From assembly GCF_018977255.1 (NCBI RefSeq), contig NW_024704742.1:71364001-71428000 (forward strand): a stretch of DNA of 64,000 nucleotides. Direction: 5' to 3'. The translations under genes were made by a program, and so were the position numbers. Numbering within the stretch: the first letter of the stretch is position 1; every line of letters begins with the position of its first letter. The DNA is from Callorhinchus milii (lineage: Eukaryota). Positions 12,314-24,369 of the stretch are shown here, piece after piece. The notes under the pieces are model-generated. The model was given only the letters and a program-made list of their open reading frames with translations, did no database searches and was not told the origin of the DNA.

Positions 12314-13415
12314 TCAGCTCTTGCCATGTTTTCCCGGGGGGTGGGTGGAAAGGTGGGGGGGTGCTGTTTAGAAATAGACATTCCAGAAGAAAAACTCTGC
12401 CAAGGTATCAGAACATAAAAGTAAAGTGAGTATAGCACCCGTCTGAAGCTTTCATTCTGTCTCCTGAGTCTTAGCTGCTTCCATCTGTGTTTGTCGTTGC
12501 TAATTGTAGGCCACAGATCTATGTTGCTTGGGTCAGTGCCTTTCAATCTTAGCAACTGCCTTTCTTAACCACTCGTGGTGAACTTTGTTAGTTCGGAAAT
12601 TGAATCTTATCTTATGCCACCCTGAATGTGAAAGCTTTATCACAACCTGTCACAACAGGAAGTGTAGCACTACATTCACAGCAGGTGCATCGAGTGGAAC
12701 TCTCTCCATTGTTTGAGACTACAGTAACATTGAAGGAGAAAATACCTGTACCTTGTGTAGGGCCACTATCTGCATTGGATATGGCATAATCTAATTGGTC
12801 CCACAGTGGATAGTCTCCTTCCCTCGTCACAGGACAACTTGTAAGCAGTCCTGTATTTGTAGCACAGTCTAATTGCGGTTAAATTAGGGAATGATTTCTA
12901 AATACCACATTAATCTATCTACCAGATATCTGAAATTACACCTCATCCCAGTCTGCAAGAATGTTTTGTCATAAAATTTAAGACATCAAGGAAGTGTAGG
13001 AAAAAAATTCTTAAAAATCTAAATTTGAAATCTGGTTTCTTTTCTTTTTTTTAAAAGCCACAGGAAACCAGATTCCAAATTGAGCCTGGATTTCAGAATT
13101 TTCAACAATTCTGCCCCATCTTAAATATTGAGAGAAAAATAGTGTCACAGGCTATGACCAGGTGGAATTTTGGGTCTCCCAGCACTTTGCAGTGAAACCT
13201 TGGTATAAAAGGAACGTTTCTGTTGCGCATTTCTTTTGACTTCAGTGGGTACTTTCTCACAAAATGTAACCCGGTTGTGTGCTGTTTGTTGCTAACTTTT
13301 AATATTCTGCAATTTGACAAACCACAGAAATTAAAAATTCACGGAAAAACAAAAAAGTGGACAGATGTGCATCATTTTGCCAAGAATCGAGACAAAAACA
13401 TATAGGTGAAAACTG

Positions 13416-13579
13416 AATGCAAAATACTGCAGATGCTAGAAATTTGAAACAAAATCAGAAGTCGCTGGGAACACTCAGCAGGTCAGGCAGCATCTATGGA
13501 GAAAGGAAAATGAGTCAACATTTCGGGTCCACTACCCTTCGTCAGACCTGCTGAGTATTCCCAGCGACTTCTGTTTTTG
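13416..13579. mobile_element. 164-bp palindromic non-autonomous Penelope-like element with 13-bp TSD
   Basis: Direct repeat taggtgaaaactg at 13403-13415 and 13580-13592. Internal inverted arms cagaagtcgctgggaacactcagcaggtc / gacctgctgagtattcccagcgacttctg. A partial second copy lies at about 62925-62990. Confidence 0.75.
13512..13546 (-). ncRNA. Minimal hammerhead ribozyme core (probably degenerate) inside the Penelope-like element
   Basis: Minus strand reads CUGACGA-A-GGGU-AGUGG-ACCC-GAAA-UGUUGAC: CUGANGA and GAAA boxes around a 4-bp stem II. Confidence 0.55.
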
Positions 13580-14009
13580 TAGGTGAAAACTGTGTCATTC
13601 TTAAATAGACTTTTTAAATCTATCACTGAAGAATGATTAAGGAACATTGCAGCAATTTCGGGTTCAAATGGGTCCTGTAAACCAAACTGACAGCCTTGGT
13701 GCTAATAATAATAATCCTTGCATTTGATATAGCACCTTATCACGTCTCAAAGTATTTCACAGAATACATTGTAAAGTGGATTGACTGTGGATTTTATGGG
13801 CAAAACGCAGCATCCAATTGTGCACCCCAGTATCCCACAAACAGTTACGGGGGAGCAGCTTTGTTGAAGGTGCTTACCTTTGGATGTGATAAGATCACTT
13901 ACAAAATATGCAGTCATTATACTTTATACTTTACATTAAATCCTGTGAAGTGCTTTACTTCCTCCCCTCCTTCTCCCCCCGCCAACTAAATGCAACAATT
14001 ATTATGTTA

Positions 14010-17000
14010 ACAACAACAACAACAAGATTCCATTTATAGAGCGCCTTTCACGTCAGGAGGACGTCCCAAGGCGCTGCACAGTTGGGTCATGACCCGAGCA
14101 GGGGGGAAATGGTCAGGGTGAGGGGAGGGAAGGGAGGGAGAGAGGAGGGGGGAAATGGTCAGGGTGAGGGGAGGGAAGGGAGGGAGCGAGGAGGAGGAAG
14201 AGAGTCGAGAGGGGAGCTGAAGGCACGGTCAAAGAGAAAGGTTTTGAGACCGGCCTTGAAGGAGGAAAGGGAGGAAGCAAGGCGAAGGCACTGGGGGATG
14301 GAGTTCCAGAGCCTGGGGGCTGAGAGGCTGAAGGCCCGACCACCGATGGTAGGGCGGTTGGGGCGGGGGACGTGGAGCAGACCGGAGCCAGAGGAACGGA
14401 GGGTACGGGCAGGTAGGTAGGGGGATAGTAGGTTGGAGAGGTAGGAGGGAGCAAGGCCGTGAATGGCCTTGTAGGTGAGGATGAGGATCTTGAAATCAAT
14501 CCTCTGGGGGATGGGGAGCCAGTGGAGGCGAGCGAGGGTGGGAGTGATGTGGTCCCGAAGCCTGGTGCGGGACAGTACACGAGCTGCAGAGTTCTGAATG
14601 ACCTGCAGCTTGTGGAGGGAGGTGGCGGGAAGGCCGGCGAGGAGAGAGTTCCCATAGTCCAGCCTTGAGGTGACAAAGGCGTGAACCAGGGTTTCAGCAG
14701 CGTGAGGGGTGAGGTAGTGCCGTAGTCTGGCGATATTCCGGAGGTGATGGAAGGCGGTGCCAGTTGTGGTGCGGATGTGAGGGAGAAAGGACAGCTCAGG
14801 GTCGAACAAAACGCCGAGGTTCCTGACTGGCTTTGAGAGGTGGAGAGTGCAGCCTTGGATGCTGATGGTGTCAGCGCCTGAGGTGCGGAGGCGCTGACGT
14901 GAGCCAATCAGGAGGGCCTCGGTTTTTCGCACGTTGAGCTGAAGAAAGTTGTCTCTCGTCCAGGACTCGATGTCGGACAGGCAGGCTGTCAGGACATCGG
15001 TGGTCGTGGAGTTGAGAGTAGAGGAGGAAAGGTAGAGTTGGGTGTCATCCGCATACATGTGGAAGTTAACCCCATGTTTGCGGATGATGTCACCAAGGGG
15101 GAGCATATAGAGGGTGAAGAGGAGGGGACCGAGGACAGAGCCCTGAGGGACACCACATGAGACAGTACGGGGGGTGGAGGAGAAGCCATTCGTTGAGACG
15201 AAGTGAAGACGGTGGGAAAGGTAAGAGCTAAACCATTCAAGGACAGTGCCTTGAAGGTTGAGGTGGGAGGACAAGCGGTGGAGTAGGATAGCGTGGTCGA
15301 CCGTATCGAATGCTGCCGATAGGTCGAGGAGGACGAGGAGACAGAGGGAGCCCTGGTCACAGATGGTCAGGATATCATTGGTGACCTTGACCAGGGCAGT
15401 TTCTGTGCTATGAGCAGCACGGAAACCTGACTGAAGGGGTTCAAAAAGAGAATGGGTGGAGAGGAAAGAGCGCAGTTGGGAGGCGACAACTCTTTCCAAG
15501 ACCTTGGAGAGAAAGGGGAGGTTGGAGATGGGCCGGTAGCTTGATAGCTGCGACGCATCAAGGGAGGGTTTTTTCAGGGTGGGCGTGATGATGGCAGTTT
15601 TTAATGGAATGGGGACAGAGCCAGAGGAGAGGGACAGGTTTATGATGTCAGTGATGTGTGGGGCAAGAAAATGGAGCTGGGAGATAAGGAGTGGAGTGGG
15701 GATGGGGTCAAGGGAGCAGGTGGTTGGTTTTAGGGATAGGATGAGTTCAGTGACAGAGGGTGGGGAAACGGGTACGAAGGTGTGTAGGGGAGGATGGGTA
15801 GGAGTCGGAGTGTGGGAGGGAAGGGGTGGGTGGTGGGTGGAAGTTGGAGGGGAAGTGACCGCGGAGCGGATTCCCTTGATCTTGGATTCAAGGAAATCCA
15901 GCATCTCCTCGCAGTGAAGGTTGGAGGAGATGACCTGCGCGGGGTGGCGGGGGGGACGGAGGAGTCGGGATGTGGTGGAAAACAGTAGCCTGGGGTTGTT
16001 CTTCGCCTCCAGGATTATCCTGGAGTAGAAGGACGACTTGGCCGAGGCTAGAGTGGAGCGGTAAATTTTGAGGAGGTCCAGCCAGATTTGTCGGTGGACC
16101 GTTAAGCCGGATTTGACAAAGGTGCGCTCAGCAGCCCGCACCTGGCATTTCAGTGAGCGGAGGTGGGTGGTGTACCAGGGGGAGGAGCGGGAGTAGGAGA
16201 CAGTGCGGGAAGTGATGGGGGCAAGAGTATCGAGTGTGGAGGAGAGGATATTGTGGAGGAGGGAGAGAGGAGAAGAGGGGTCGGTGAGGGTTGAAGGCCA
16301 GAGGGAGAGGAGTTCAGAGGACTCCAAGGCATCGGTTAGGGATTGTGGGGGTAACTTCTTCCAAGGGCGGTAGAAGATGGTGGTGGGTCTGGTGGAGGTG
16401 GGGAGGGGGGTGGAGGTGGTGAAGGAGATGAAGTAGTGGTCGGAGATGGCCTTGTCGGTAATAGTGACATCCGAGACACTGAGGCCCCGGGTGATCACCA
16501 AATCGAGTGGGTGGCCGTGACTGTGAGTGGGGGAGTTTATGTGTAGGGAAAGGTTGAGTGAGGAGAGCAGGGAAGAGAAGTCTGTGGAGATGGAGCAGGA
16601 GGGGGTGAAGTGTAGGTTAAAGTCGCCCAGGATGATGAGGCGATCAGAGGAGAGGCAAAGAGATGTGAGGAGTGTTGAAATGTCAGAGATGAAGGTGGGA
16701 GAGGTTTTAGGGGGCCGGTAGAGGAGGAGGATTTTAAGGGAGAGGAATGAGGGGTGGGAGAGGGTGAGGTGCTCGAAGGAGGGGAAAGAGCCAGAGGAGT
16801 AGGGGGATAGGGCAAGTGGTGTCCTTGAGATAAGGGCAACACCACCGCCACGGCGGTTGGGGCGGGGGATGTGGTGGGAGGTGTAGCCGGGTGGCGTGGC
16901 CTCCGTGAGGGGGAAGGTGTCGCCTGGGGTGAGCCAGGTTTCTGTCAAGGCCATGATATCAACGTTCTCATCAAGGATGAGATCGTTGATGACCAGGGCC

Positions 17001-17736
17001 TTGTTGCAGAGGGAGCGGACATTTTGCAGTCCGATGTGGAGGGAGCGGTTGACAGAAGGGTGTGTGGGAGGGGAGGGGGGTCCAGGTTGTGAGGCAGGGG
17101 TGGGGGAATGGGGATGAGGGAGGAGAGGTTGACTCCCCGGGTCTGTGTCCGGGGTGGGTGGCGAGTGTGGTGGGGAATGGGGCAGTCGGTGTGGCTGCTG
17201 CTGGACAGCCAACGCCGAGTGCCACGGTGAGCCCGGCGGAGGATTCCCAGACTGGAACAGAGGGAGGTTGTGGGAGGGTCAAGTGGGGATAGAAGACGAG
17301 AGGGACGGAGAGAGAGGAGGAGAGAGCGGGAGAGATGCAGAGGGGGAGGGTTTGGGGGGAGAGAGGAGGGGGGGGGGGGGGGGGGGTGAGGGGGCTCGGG
17401 TCAAAGCGGCAGCCATAGTGCGCACGCGGGGACCGGGAGCGAGCGGTCAGGTGGATGGCATTATCCCGTAGATTGGGGCATCGAACCCAACAGGACCATA
17501 GTGGGCTCTGATGTGAGCCCGGGGGGGGGGGGGGGGGGCGCGGAGGTTTTTTGTTTTTTTTGTTTTGTGCGCGCGCACTCACCTGAAAACTAATCTATGA
17601 CGTCGCAGTTCCCCCGCTCCGCCTCCAGACCACCCCCTCCCTCCCCTGCCTAGCTGAACTCGCTCCGGCGTCGAGTTTAAGTACCTGGGTCAGTAGGCCC
17701 AGGCTCCTCCCCGCGCTCTCCTGCTGCCGCTCCCCG
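14010..17736 (-). mobile_element. Near full-length L2-clade LINE, young copy
   Basis: CpG-rich 5' region (about 17400-17736), long APE-RT ORF, 3' UTR stem-loop and (TTG)n tail at about 14010-14025. Flanks resemble two halves of a family B SINE; no TSD seen. Confidence 0.92.
14159..17212 (-). CDS. L2 LINE ORF2: AP-like endonuclease plus reverse transcriptase
   Basis: 1017-codon open frame. EN motifs: [42 protein letters not shown] motifs: [55 protein letters not shown]. The annotated start is a TTG; the true start is probably upstream. Confidence 0.93.
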   Translation of the reverse strand: MAVQQQPHRLPHSPPHSPPTPDTDPGSQPLLPHPHSPTPASQPGPPSPPTHPSVNRSLHIGLQNVRSLCNKALVINDLILDENVDIMALTETWLTPGDTFPLTEATPPGYTSHHIPRPNRRGGGVALISRTPLALSPYSSGSFPSFEHLTLSHPSFLSLKILLLYRPPKTSPTFISDISTLLTSLCLSSDRLIILGDFNLHFTPSCSISTDFSSLLSSLNLSLHINSPTHSHGHPLDLVITRGLSVSDVTITDKAISDHYFISFTTSTPLPTSTRPTTIFYRPWKKLPPQSLTDALESSELLSLWPSTLTDPSSPLSLLHNILSSTLDTLAPITSRTVSYSRSSPWYTTHLRSLKCQVRAAERTFVKSGLTVHRQIWLDLLKIYRSTLASAKSSFYSRIILEAKNNPRLLFSTTSRLLRPPRHPAQVISSNLHCEEMLDFLESKIKGIRSAVTSPPTSTHHPPLPSHTPTPTHPPLHTFVPVSPPSVTELILSLKPTTCSLDPIPTPLLISQLHFLAPHITDIINLSLSSGSVPIPLKTAIITPTLKKPSLDASQLSSYRPISNLPFLSKVLERVVASQLRSFLSTHSLFEPLQSGFRAAHSTETALVKVTNDILTICDQGSLCLLVLLDLSAAFDTVDHAILLHRLSSHLNLQGTVLEWFSSYLSHRLHFVSTNGFSSTPRTVSCGVPQGSVLGPLLFTLYMLPLGDIIRKHGVNFHMYADDTQLYLSSSTLNSTTTDVLTACLSDIESWTRDNFLQLNVRKTEALLIGSRQRLRTSGADTISIQGCTLHLSKPVRNLGVLFDPELSFLPHIRTTTGTAFHHLRNIARLRHYLTPHAAETLVHAFVTSRLDYGNSLLAGLPATSLHKLQVIQNSAARVLSRTRLRDHITPTLARLHWLPIPQRIDFKILILTYKAIHGLAPSYLSNLLSPYLPARTLRSSGSGLLHVPRPNRPTIGGRAFSLSAPRLWNSIPQCLRLASSLSSFKAGLKTFLFDRAFSSPLDSLPPPRSLPSLPSP

Positions 17737-18065
17737 ACTGAAGCTCCTATTCACCTGCTCAAGTGAACATTAAAGATTCCATGACACTATTCGAAAAGAG
17801 AAGGGAGTTTCTCTCTTTCAGTGTCCTGACCGACAACTCCCAGTTAAAATTGATCATTTCCTTCATGCCGGTTTGCAAAACCTTGCTGTGTTCAACAACA
17901 ACAACAAATTACATTTGTATAGCACTTTCACGTTGGGAGGAAGGCACTCTACAGTCAGGGATTTGGACCCGAGCTGGGTGTTGGAATTAGGAGGAGTGGA
18001 GGGCAGGGAGGATAGGGGTAGGAGGATGACTGAACGTGTGGTCAAAGAGGAGCGTCTTGAGATGT

Positions 18066-20406
18066 GCCTGGTAATTACCCCTGGCCTCAGTGTCTCAGAT
18101 TTCTCAATCACAGACAAAGCCATCTCCGATCACTACTTCATCTCCTTTTAACTCCTCAATCCCTTTCCCCACCGCCACCAAACCCACTTCCATCTACTAC
18201 GGCTCGTGGAAAAAAATCCCACAATCCCTCTCCTCTGCCCTGGAGTCATCTAAACTCCTCCCTCTCTGGCCTACCTCCCGAACTGATTTATCCTCCTCGC
18301 TCACTCTCCTCCACAACTTGATCTCCACCACTTTTGATGCCCTTGCCCACCTCACCTCCCGAACCACCTCCTAAGCATGAACCTCACCCTGGTACACTGC
18401 TCCCTCAAGGGTCAGGTGCAGGCCGCCAAACACACCTGACTCAAATCTGATCTAACAGTCCACCGGCAGATCTGACCTGACCACATCAAAACGTACCTCT
18501 CTGCCCTCGCTTCCGCCAAATCATCCTTCTACTCCAAGATAATCTTGGAGGTGAAGGACAACCACAGGCTCCTATTCTCCACACCAACCGGCTCCTCCAT
18601 CCACCTTCTCACGCCTAGTCCACTCTCTCCTTAAACATTGACTGTGAGGAGATGCTGGATTTCCTCGAGTCCAAAATCAAGAGGATCCATTCAGCTGCCT
18701 CCGCCCTCCCAACTGCTACTCCCTCCCCATCTACCCCAAACACTCCGACCCCTACCCATCTATTCCTCCACATCTTCGAACCTGTCTCCCACTCCTCTCT
18801 CATCATCACCATATCCAGCATAAAACACACCATCCGTTCCCTTGACCTCATCCCCTTACCTCCCAGCTCAACCTTCTCGCCCCTCTACTGTCCGACACCA
18901 TCAATCTCTCCCTATCATTTGGCACTGTTCTCATCCCCCTAAAAATAGCTAATAATCACCCCCATCCTGAAAAAATCTTCCCTGGACACATCCCTGCTTT
19001 CTTACTACTGGCCCATCTCCAACCTCCTTTTTCTTTCCAAGATCCTTGAAAAAGTCAATGCTCCTTCCACTCCTATCACATCCCTCACGAGTCCCTCCAA
19101 TCAGGTTTCCATGCTGCTCACAGCATGGAAACTGCTCTGGTCAAGGTGACAAACGACATCCTGTCCATCTGTGACCAAGGCTCCCTCTGCCTCAACCTCT
19201 CTGCTGCCTTCGATACAGTGGACCACTCCATCCTCCAATGCCTCTCCTTTCCTCAGAACCTTCATGGTTCTGTCCTTGAATGGTTCAGATCGTACCTCTC
19301 ATGATGTCTGCAGTTTGTCTCTACCAATGGTTTCTCTTCCAGTTCCCACACAGTTCTCGTGTTCCTCAGGCCTCTGCCCTCTTCTTCAACCTATACATGC
19401 TCCCCCTTGGCGACATCATGCGCAGACATGGGGTCAACTTACACATGTACGTGGATGACACCAAAACTATCTTTCTGCCCCCACCCTCGATTCCAGGACA
19501 ACTGACGTCCTAACAGACTGTCTGTCTGACATCAAGTCCTGGATGAGAGCCAACTTTTTACAGTTGAATGTCAGCAAGACCAAGGTCCTCCTGATTGGCT
19601 TGCGCCAGCACCTCTGCTCCTCAGGTACTGGCAACATCAGCCTCCATGGATGGACACTCCACCTCACCAAGCCAGTCAGGAACCTGGGCATCTTGTTCAA
19701 CCATCAACTGTCCTTTCTCCTCCATATCTGTACCATGACCCATTCTGCCTTCTCCTCCCCACCTCTGAAACATTTGCTGACTCCACCACTGCCTCACCCT
19801 TCAGGCCGCCGAAACCCTCATACATGCATTTGCTACCTCAAAGTCTCCTTGTTGGCCTCTCCAACTCTTCCCTCCACAAGCTGCAGATCATTCAGAACTC
19901 TGCAGCTCGTGTCCTCTCCTTTGCCAGGCTCCGTGACCCCATCAACCGCACCTTGCCTGGCTCCACTAGCTCCCCATCCCTCAGAAGATTGAGTTAAAAA
20001 TCCTTGTCCTCACTTTCAAGGCCCTCCTGCCCTTACCCCCTCTTACCTCCTTGACCTACTAAACCCCTATCAACCTGTCCGCTCCCTCTGTTTAGCGGGC
20101 ACCGGTCTGCTCCATGCCTCCCACCCGACACACCCTACCATCGGCAGCCGGGCTTTCAGCCTCTCTGCTCCCACCCTTTGGAATTCCATCCCACAATCCC
20201 TTTACTTTGCTCCCTCCCTTTCCTCCTTCAAGGCACAACTCAAAACCCTCCTTTTCGACCGTGCCTTCAGCTGCCCTCCTACCTCTCTGCTCCTCCTCAT
20301 ACCAACCCCGCCCCTCAAGCTCGGGTCCTGATCCCTGACTGTTCAGAACCTTGAGACGTCCTCCCGATGTGGAAAGCGCTTTACAAATATAATTTTGTTG
20401 TTGTGG
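18066..20406 (+). mobile_element. Decayed 5'-truncated L2 LINE related to the intact copy, in opposite orientation
   Basis: Fragments such as [60 protein letters not shown] and [12 protein letters not shown] across several frames with stops; ends in a ttgttgttg tail. Confidence 0.9.
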
Positions 20407-20679
20407 TTGAAGGAGGCAAGGGGGGAAGTGAAGGGACTGTGGGATTGAGTTCAAAAGCGTGGGGGCAGAGAGGCTGAAGGCCAGACCTCCAATGGTGTGG
20501 CGGGCCAGGCGGGGGACATGAGACAGGTCGGAGCTTGCTGATAGGACGGAGTTAAAATATGGAGTTAAAATATTCAAAGTTACTGTTATTTTTGGCAACA
20601 AAATGCAAAGTCACAACACTTTACAGCAATTCCCTCTGAAGCTCTTTGAGAATGGTTGGACGTCCTCAAAATATATAAC

Positions 20680-21190
20680 TTTTTTCCACCTCCGCCCCAT
20701 TGCCTGCTTCCATCCGTACCTCACAAACAACACAACTGAAACCCTCATCCACGCCTTCGACACGTCCCGGCTGGTCTATTCCACTTCACTCCTCGCTGAT
20801 CTTCCCAGCCCCACCATACACAAAATACAACTAATTCAGAACTCCGCCTCCCGGGTACTCAACCGCACAAAACGTAATATCCCCATCAAACCAGGGGCTG
20901 CCTCCGCTCGGCTGTCTGCGGCCTTCTATTTGTCCCTCGTGCCTTCCCTTCCACCTTCGGTCGCCTTACCTTCAGCCACTACTCCCCAAAATTCTGGAAC
21001 TCTGTTCTTCAATCTCTCCACCTTGCCCCCTCCCTCCCCAATTTCAAATCCCACCTAAAGACCTTCCTTTTTGATTGTGTTCAAGGTCACCTCCTCCCTC
21101 CTTCTTCTCCTGGTTTGTCAAACTCCGCCACTGTAAGCGCCCCGGGACGCTACCCCACGTGAAGGGTGCTATATAAATGCAAGTTGTTGT
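20680..21190 (+). mobile_element. L2 3' fragment, second subfamily (tail ...gggcgctatataaatgcaagttgttg)
   Basis: TETLIHAFDTSRL...IQLIQNSASRVL followed by a distinct tail. Confidence 0.75.
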
Positions 21191-22588
21191 AGTAATAATT
21201 TTTGTTATCAAATTCAAGGATCATTATTATAATTCACTTCCTGTGCTAAAGTTGGCCTTTGACTTCTGTGACCCCACAGAGGCTGTTTTAACTTCCTCTT
21301 TTGATCCAAATGAGCCAAATGAGTCATTTTCAAAGGTCCAGTTGAGAAGTTCCTAATTTACACTTCAGTTTTCAACCCAATGACCGCAGTGAAGTGGTCC
21401 TGGCCCCTTTCAGCAAAACTGGATTTGTTCTGAAACTGACTCTTAATTCACCTTCCTTCTTAGGCTGAAAATGCTTTGTTTTTACAAAAATATTGAAGTC
21501 AGCCACTCCAAATGAAAAGTCAGTAACCACAGACTCAGCTTCTCCCCTCTCTTTCCATCCCATCCACCCTCCCCAATGGTTAAGAGCATTCATCCAGTGA
21601 ATTCCTGTGCCATACAGATCAGGAGAGAATGACCTTGCAATTTCATAATGCTTTATTAGGGAGAAACATCTCAAACTCCTTTTTACACGTACGTCACTGA
21701 GAGTCCTGAAATTCACTGAGAGACTTGAAATTCAATCTTTTATGCAAAACCATTTTATGGAGTGATGATTTTTATCAGTTGCCAATTTGTGCACAGCTAG
21801 CTCCCAAATATTTTCCAGAGGATTATTGGTCACTGGAGGATGGTAGAGTGGGTATTCTGGAAGGAGGATGTCAAGACATAGGAACAGGAGTAAGCCATTC
21901 AGCTCCTGGAGCCTGTTCCACCACTTTATTAGATCATGGCTGATCTGTACCTCCACTCCAATTATCCGCCTTTACCCCATATCCCTTGATACCTTTACCC
22001 AAATCTATCCACCTCAGTCTTGAAATAGGTGTTGCATCAAAGGATTATTATTTACAGCATTCAGTTTGTCTGTATTCTTTAGCATCTAGCAGTTGAACAA
22101 AATGCCCGCAATTCTTCTGGGAATAAGAGAGCTTCCAACAGTCAAAGAGGAAGAAGCTTCAAAACACCCTTTTGACGGTCTATAACTGCTATCTGTTTAA
22201 ACACTTCGTGGAAAAAAAAGTGGTTAAAAAAGAAACCACAAGGCAGCAACAAATTTGAAATAGTAGTGACCGATTTATCTGATGCCTTTCCGATGCATAG
22301 CAGACTCGTCAAGAGCAGCATCTGACATATGTCAGAGAAGCAAATTGAATTCTTTACTAAATATGGTCAAAAGCCCATCACTGGGGGGCAGGGGAGGAGG
22401 GAGCATCATGGTTTTCAAACAAAGTGTGGGGAGAGAAAGTCGAAGAAAATTATTGCAAGTGCTGCAGTGCAGATTGTGGTTAAGATGGAAGGGTTCGTCC
22501 GCTGACAGTGTGGGTTTCTTAAGACGAAATTGGACGTATAGCAAAGAGAGTGATCTCCACACCAGTTGAGACCAGCCCCATTACAGTT

Positions 22589-22943
22589 ATAATAATCATA
22601 ATCCTTATATTTGATATAGCGCCTTATCACTTCGTTGAGATGCCTTAAAGCGCTTCACAGAATATACTGTAAAGGGGATTGACTGTATATTTTGTGGGCG
22701 AAACACAGTAGTCAATTGTGCACATCAGTGTACAACAAGCAGTCGTGGTTTGAGTGACCAAATTAATTATTTATTTATATTTTTCGAAGGGATTATTAAC
22801 CCCTGAAAAGTGATCCACTTACTGCTAAGTAAACAGACGTGTGGAGTAACGAAACTTGCCTAACACTTCACCCTGTCCAGGACTCAAACCCAGGTCCTCT
22901 CGCTTGCGAGGCGAGTGCTCTAACCAATATGCTACAGGACTCC
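22589..22943 (-). mobile_element. SINE family A full-length copy
   Basis: Head, core and tail as above. Confidence 0.85.
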
Positions 22944-23665
22944 ATATGAAAAGATGATGGTGTTCGATCTCTGTGTTTCTGTGTAGAAAAACTTTATATA
23001 TGCCATATGCCTCTCTAAGAGGGAATCTTTTAAGAGGGAATTAAAAGGTATCTAAAAAGGAGACATTTACAGGTTAACAAGACTGAATGAATGCTCGTTC
23101 AAAGAGCCAGTACTTACAAGATGGACCAAATGGCCTTTTGTGCTTTCCGGGGGTAAGAATCCCTTAAAAAAATTAATAATTTGGTTATTCAATGTACAGT
23201 CAATTCTTTACAGTATATTCTGTGAAACACTTTGAAATGTCTCAACGAAGTGATAAGGTGCTATATCAAATACAAGGATTATTATGAAATAAGAGGTATA
23301 TATTTTACAAAAATTAATTTGCCAGGGAGGCAACAATGAGCATGAGTAGCAAGAATTGATGAGGTAACATTTCAGATTGGATGCCATTGCCACATCTCCT
23401 TCTGCAATCTCCACTTCCCTCCTCCTCACTATATGTATCTACAAAGCCTGAAGAATGCATGGATCAAGAGAGAACAGCTCACATGCAAACACAGGCCAGG
23501 GCCACATTCCCACATTTAACCAGCAATTCTCCTGATAAAAATCTGCTCATTCCCTTCACGGTTGGTTGTAAGATGTTGCTGTGCCACAAAATGACTGCCG
23601 ACTTCATCTACAAAGTACACTTGACAGAAAACATTTCAGAAAGGCTTTGAGACACTGCGATGTTG

Positions 23666-24044
23666 TAATAATAATCCTTGCATTTCATATAGCGTCTTAT
23701 CATGTTTTCGAGACATCTCAAAGTGCTTCACAGAATATACTGTAAAATGAATTAACTCTATACATTGTGCAGGTGAAATGCAGAGGCAAATTGCGCACAG
23801 CTGTCCCACAGACAGTCGTAGATTGAGCGACCAAATAATTTTTTTTACATTTATTTTTTGAAGGGATTATTACCCCCGAAAAGTGATCCGACAATCAATT
23901 AACAACTGGGTTCCTAGTTACTGCTAGGTAAACAGAGGTGTGTGGAGTAAGGAAACTTGTCTAAACTTTTGCCTTGCCTAGGAATCGAACCCAGGTCCTC
24001 TCCCTTGCAAAACAAGTAGTCTAACCAATACGCTACAGGACTCC
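23666..24044 (-). mobile_element. SINE family A full-length copy
   Basis: Head, core and tail as above. Confidence 0.85.
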
Positions 24045-24369
24045 ACTGTGCTGTGTAAATGCAAGTATTATTGACATAAACTACTGTGAAGCACCTAGAG
24101 ATGGCAATAAAGTAACTAGAAAAGAGGAAGTTCTGCTCAAAAACTGGAAGGAAGAGACTGGTCTAGCCTGAGATTCAGACCGTGAAATGTCCCTGAGCTC
24201 TTGCTATTTTTACCTCTGGCTCTTACCGCGGAGGAAGTAAAGGCAGTAATATTGCAAGATCTTTTGTAAGACTTTCCATTCACGCAAGAGAAGTCAAAGT
24301 TGGTTGATCTCAGCCCCCGGGGGTCGGTGGAGTGCAGATATGCTTCATTACCCCTTCCCCCCACCACAA

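Noticed and set aside
12133..12555. 140-aa antisense ORF over the last M1AP exon
   Set aside because: Non-ATG start and no recognisable homology; best explained as a shadow ORF.
14082..17582. Alternative-frame and antisense ORFs over the L2, including the 203-aa ORF at 16971-17582 as a possible ORF1
   Set aside because: Low-complexity products of C-rich strand bias; no RRM, PHD or esterase motifs recognised.
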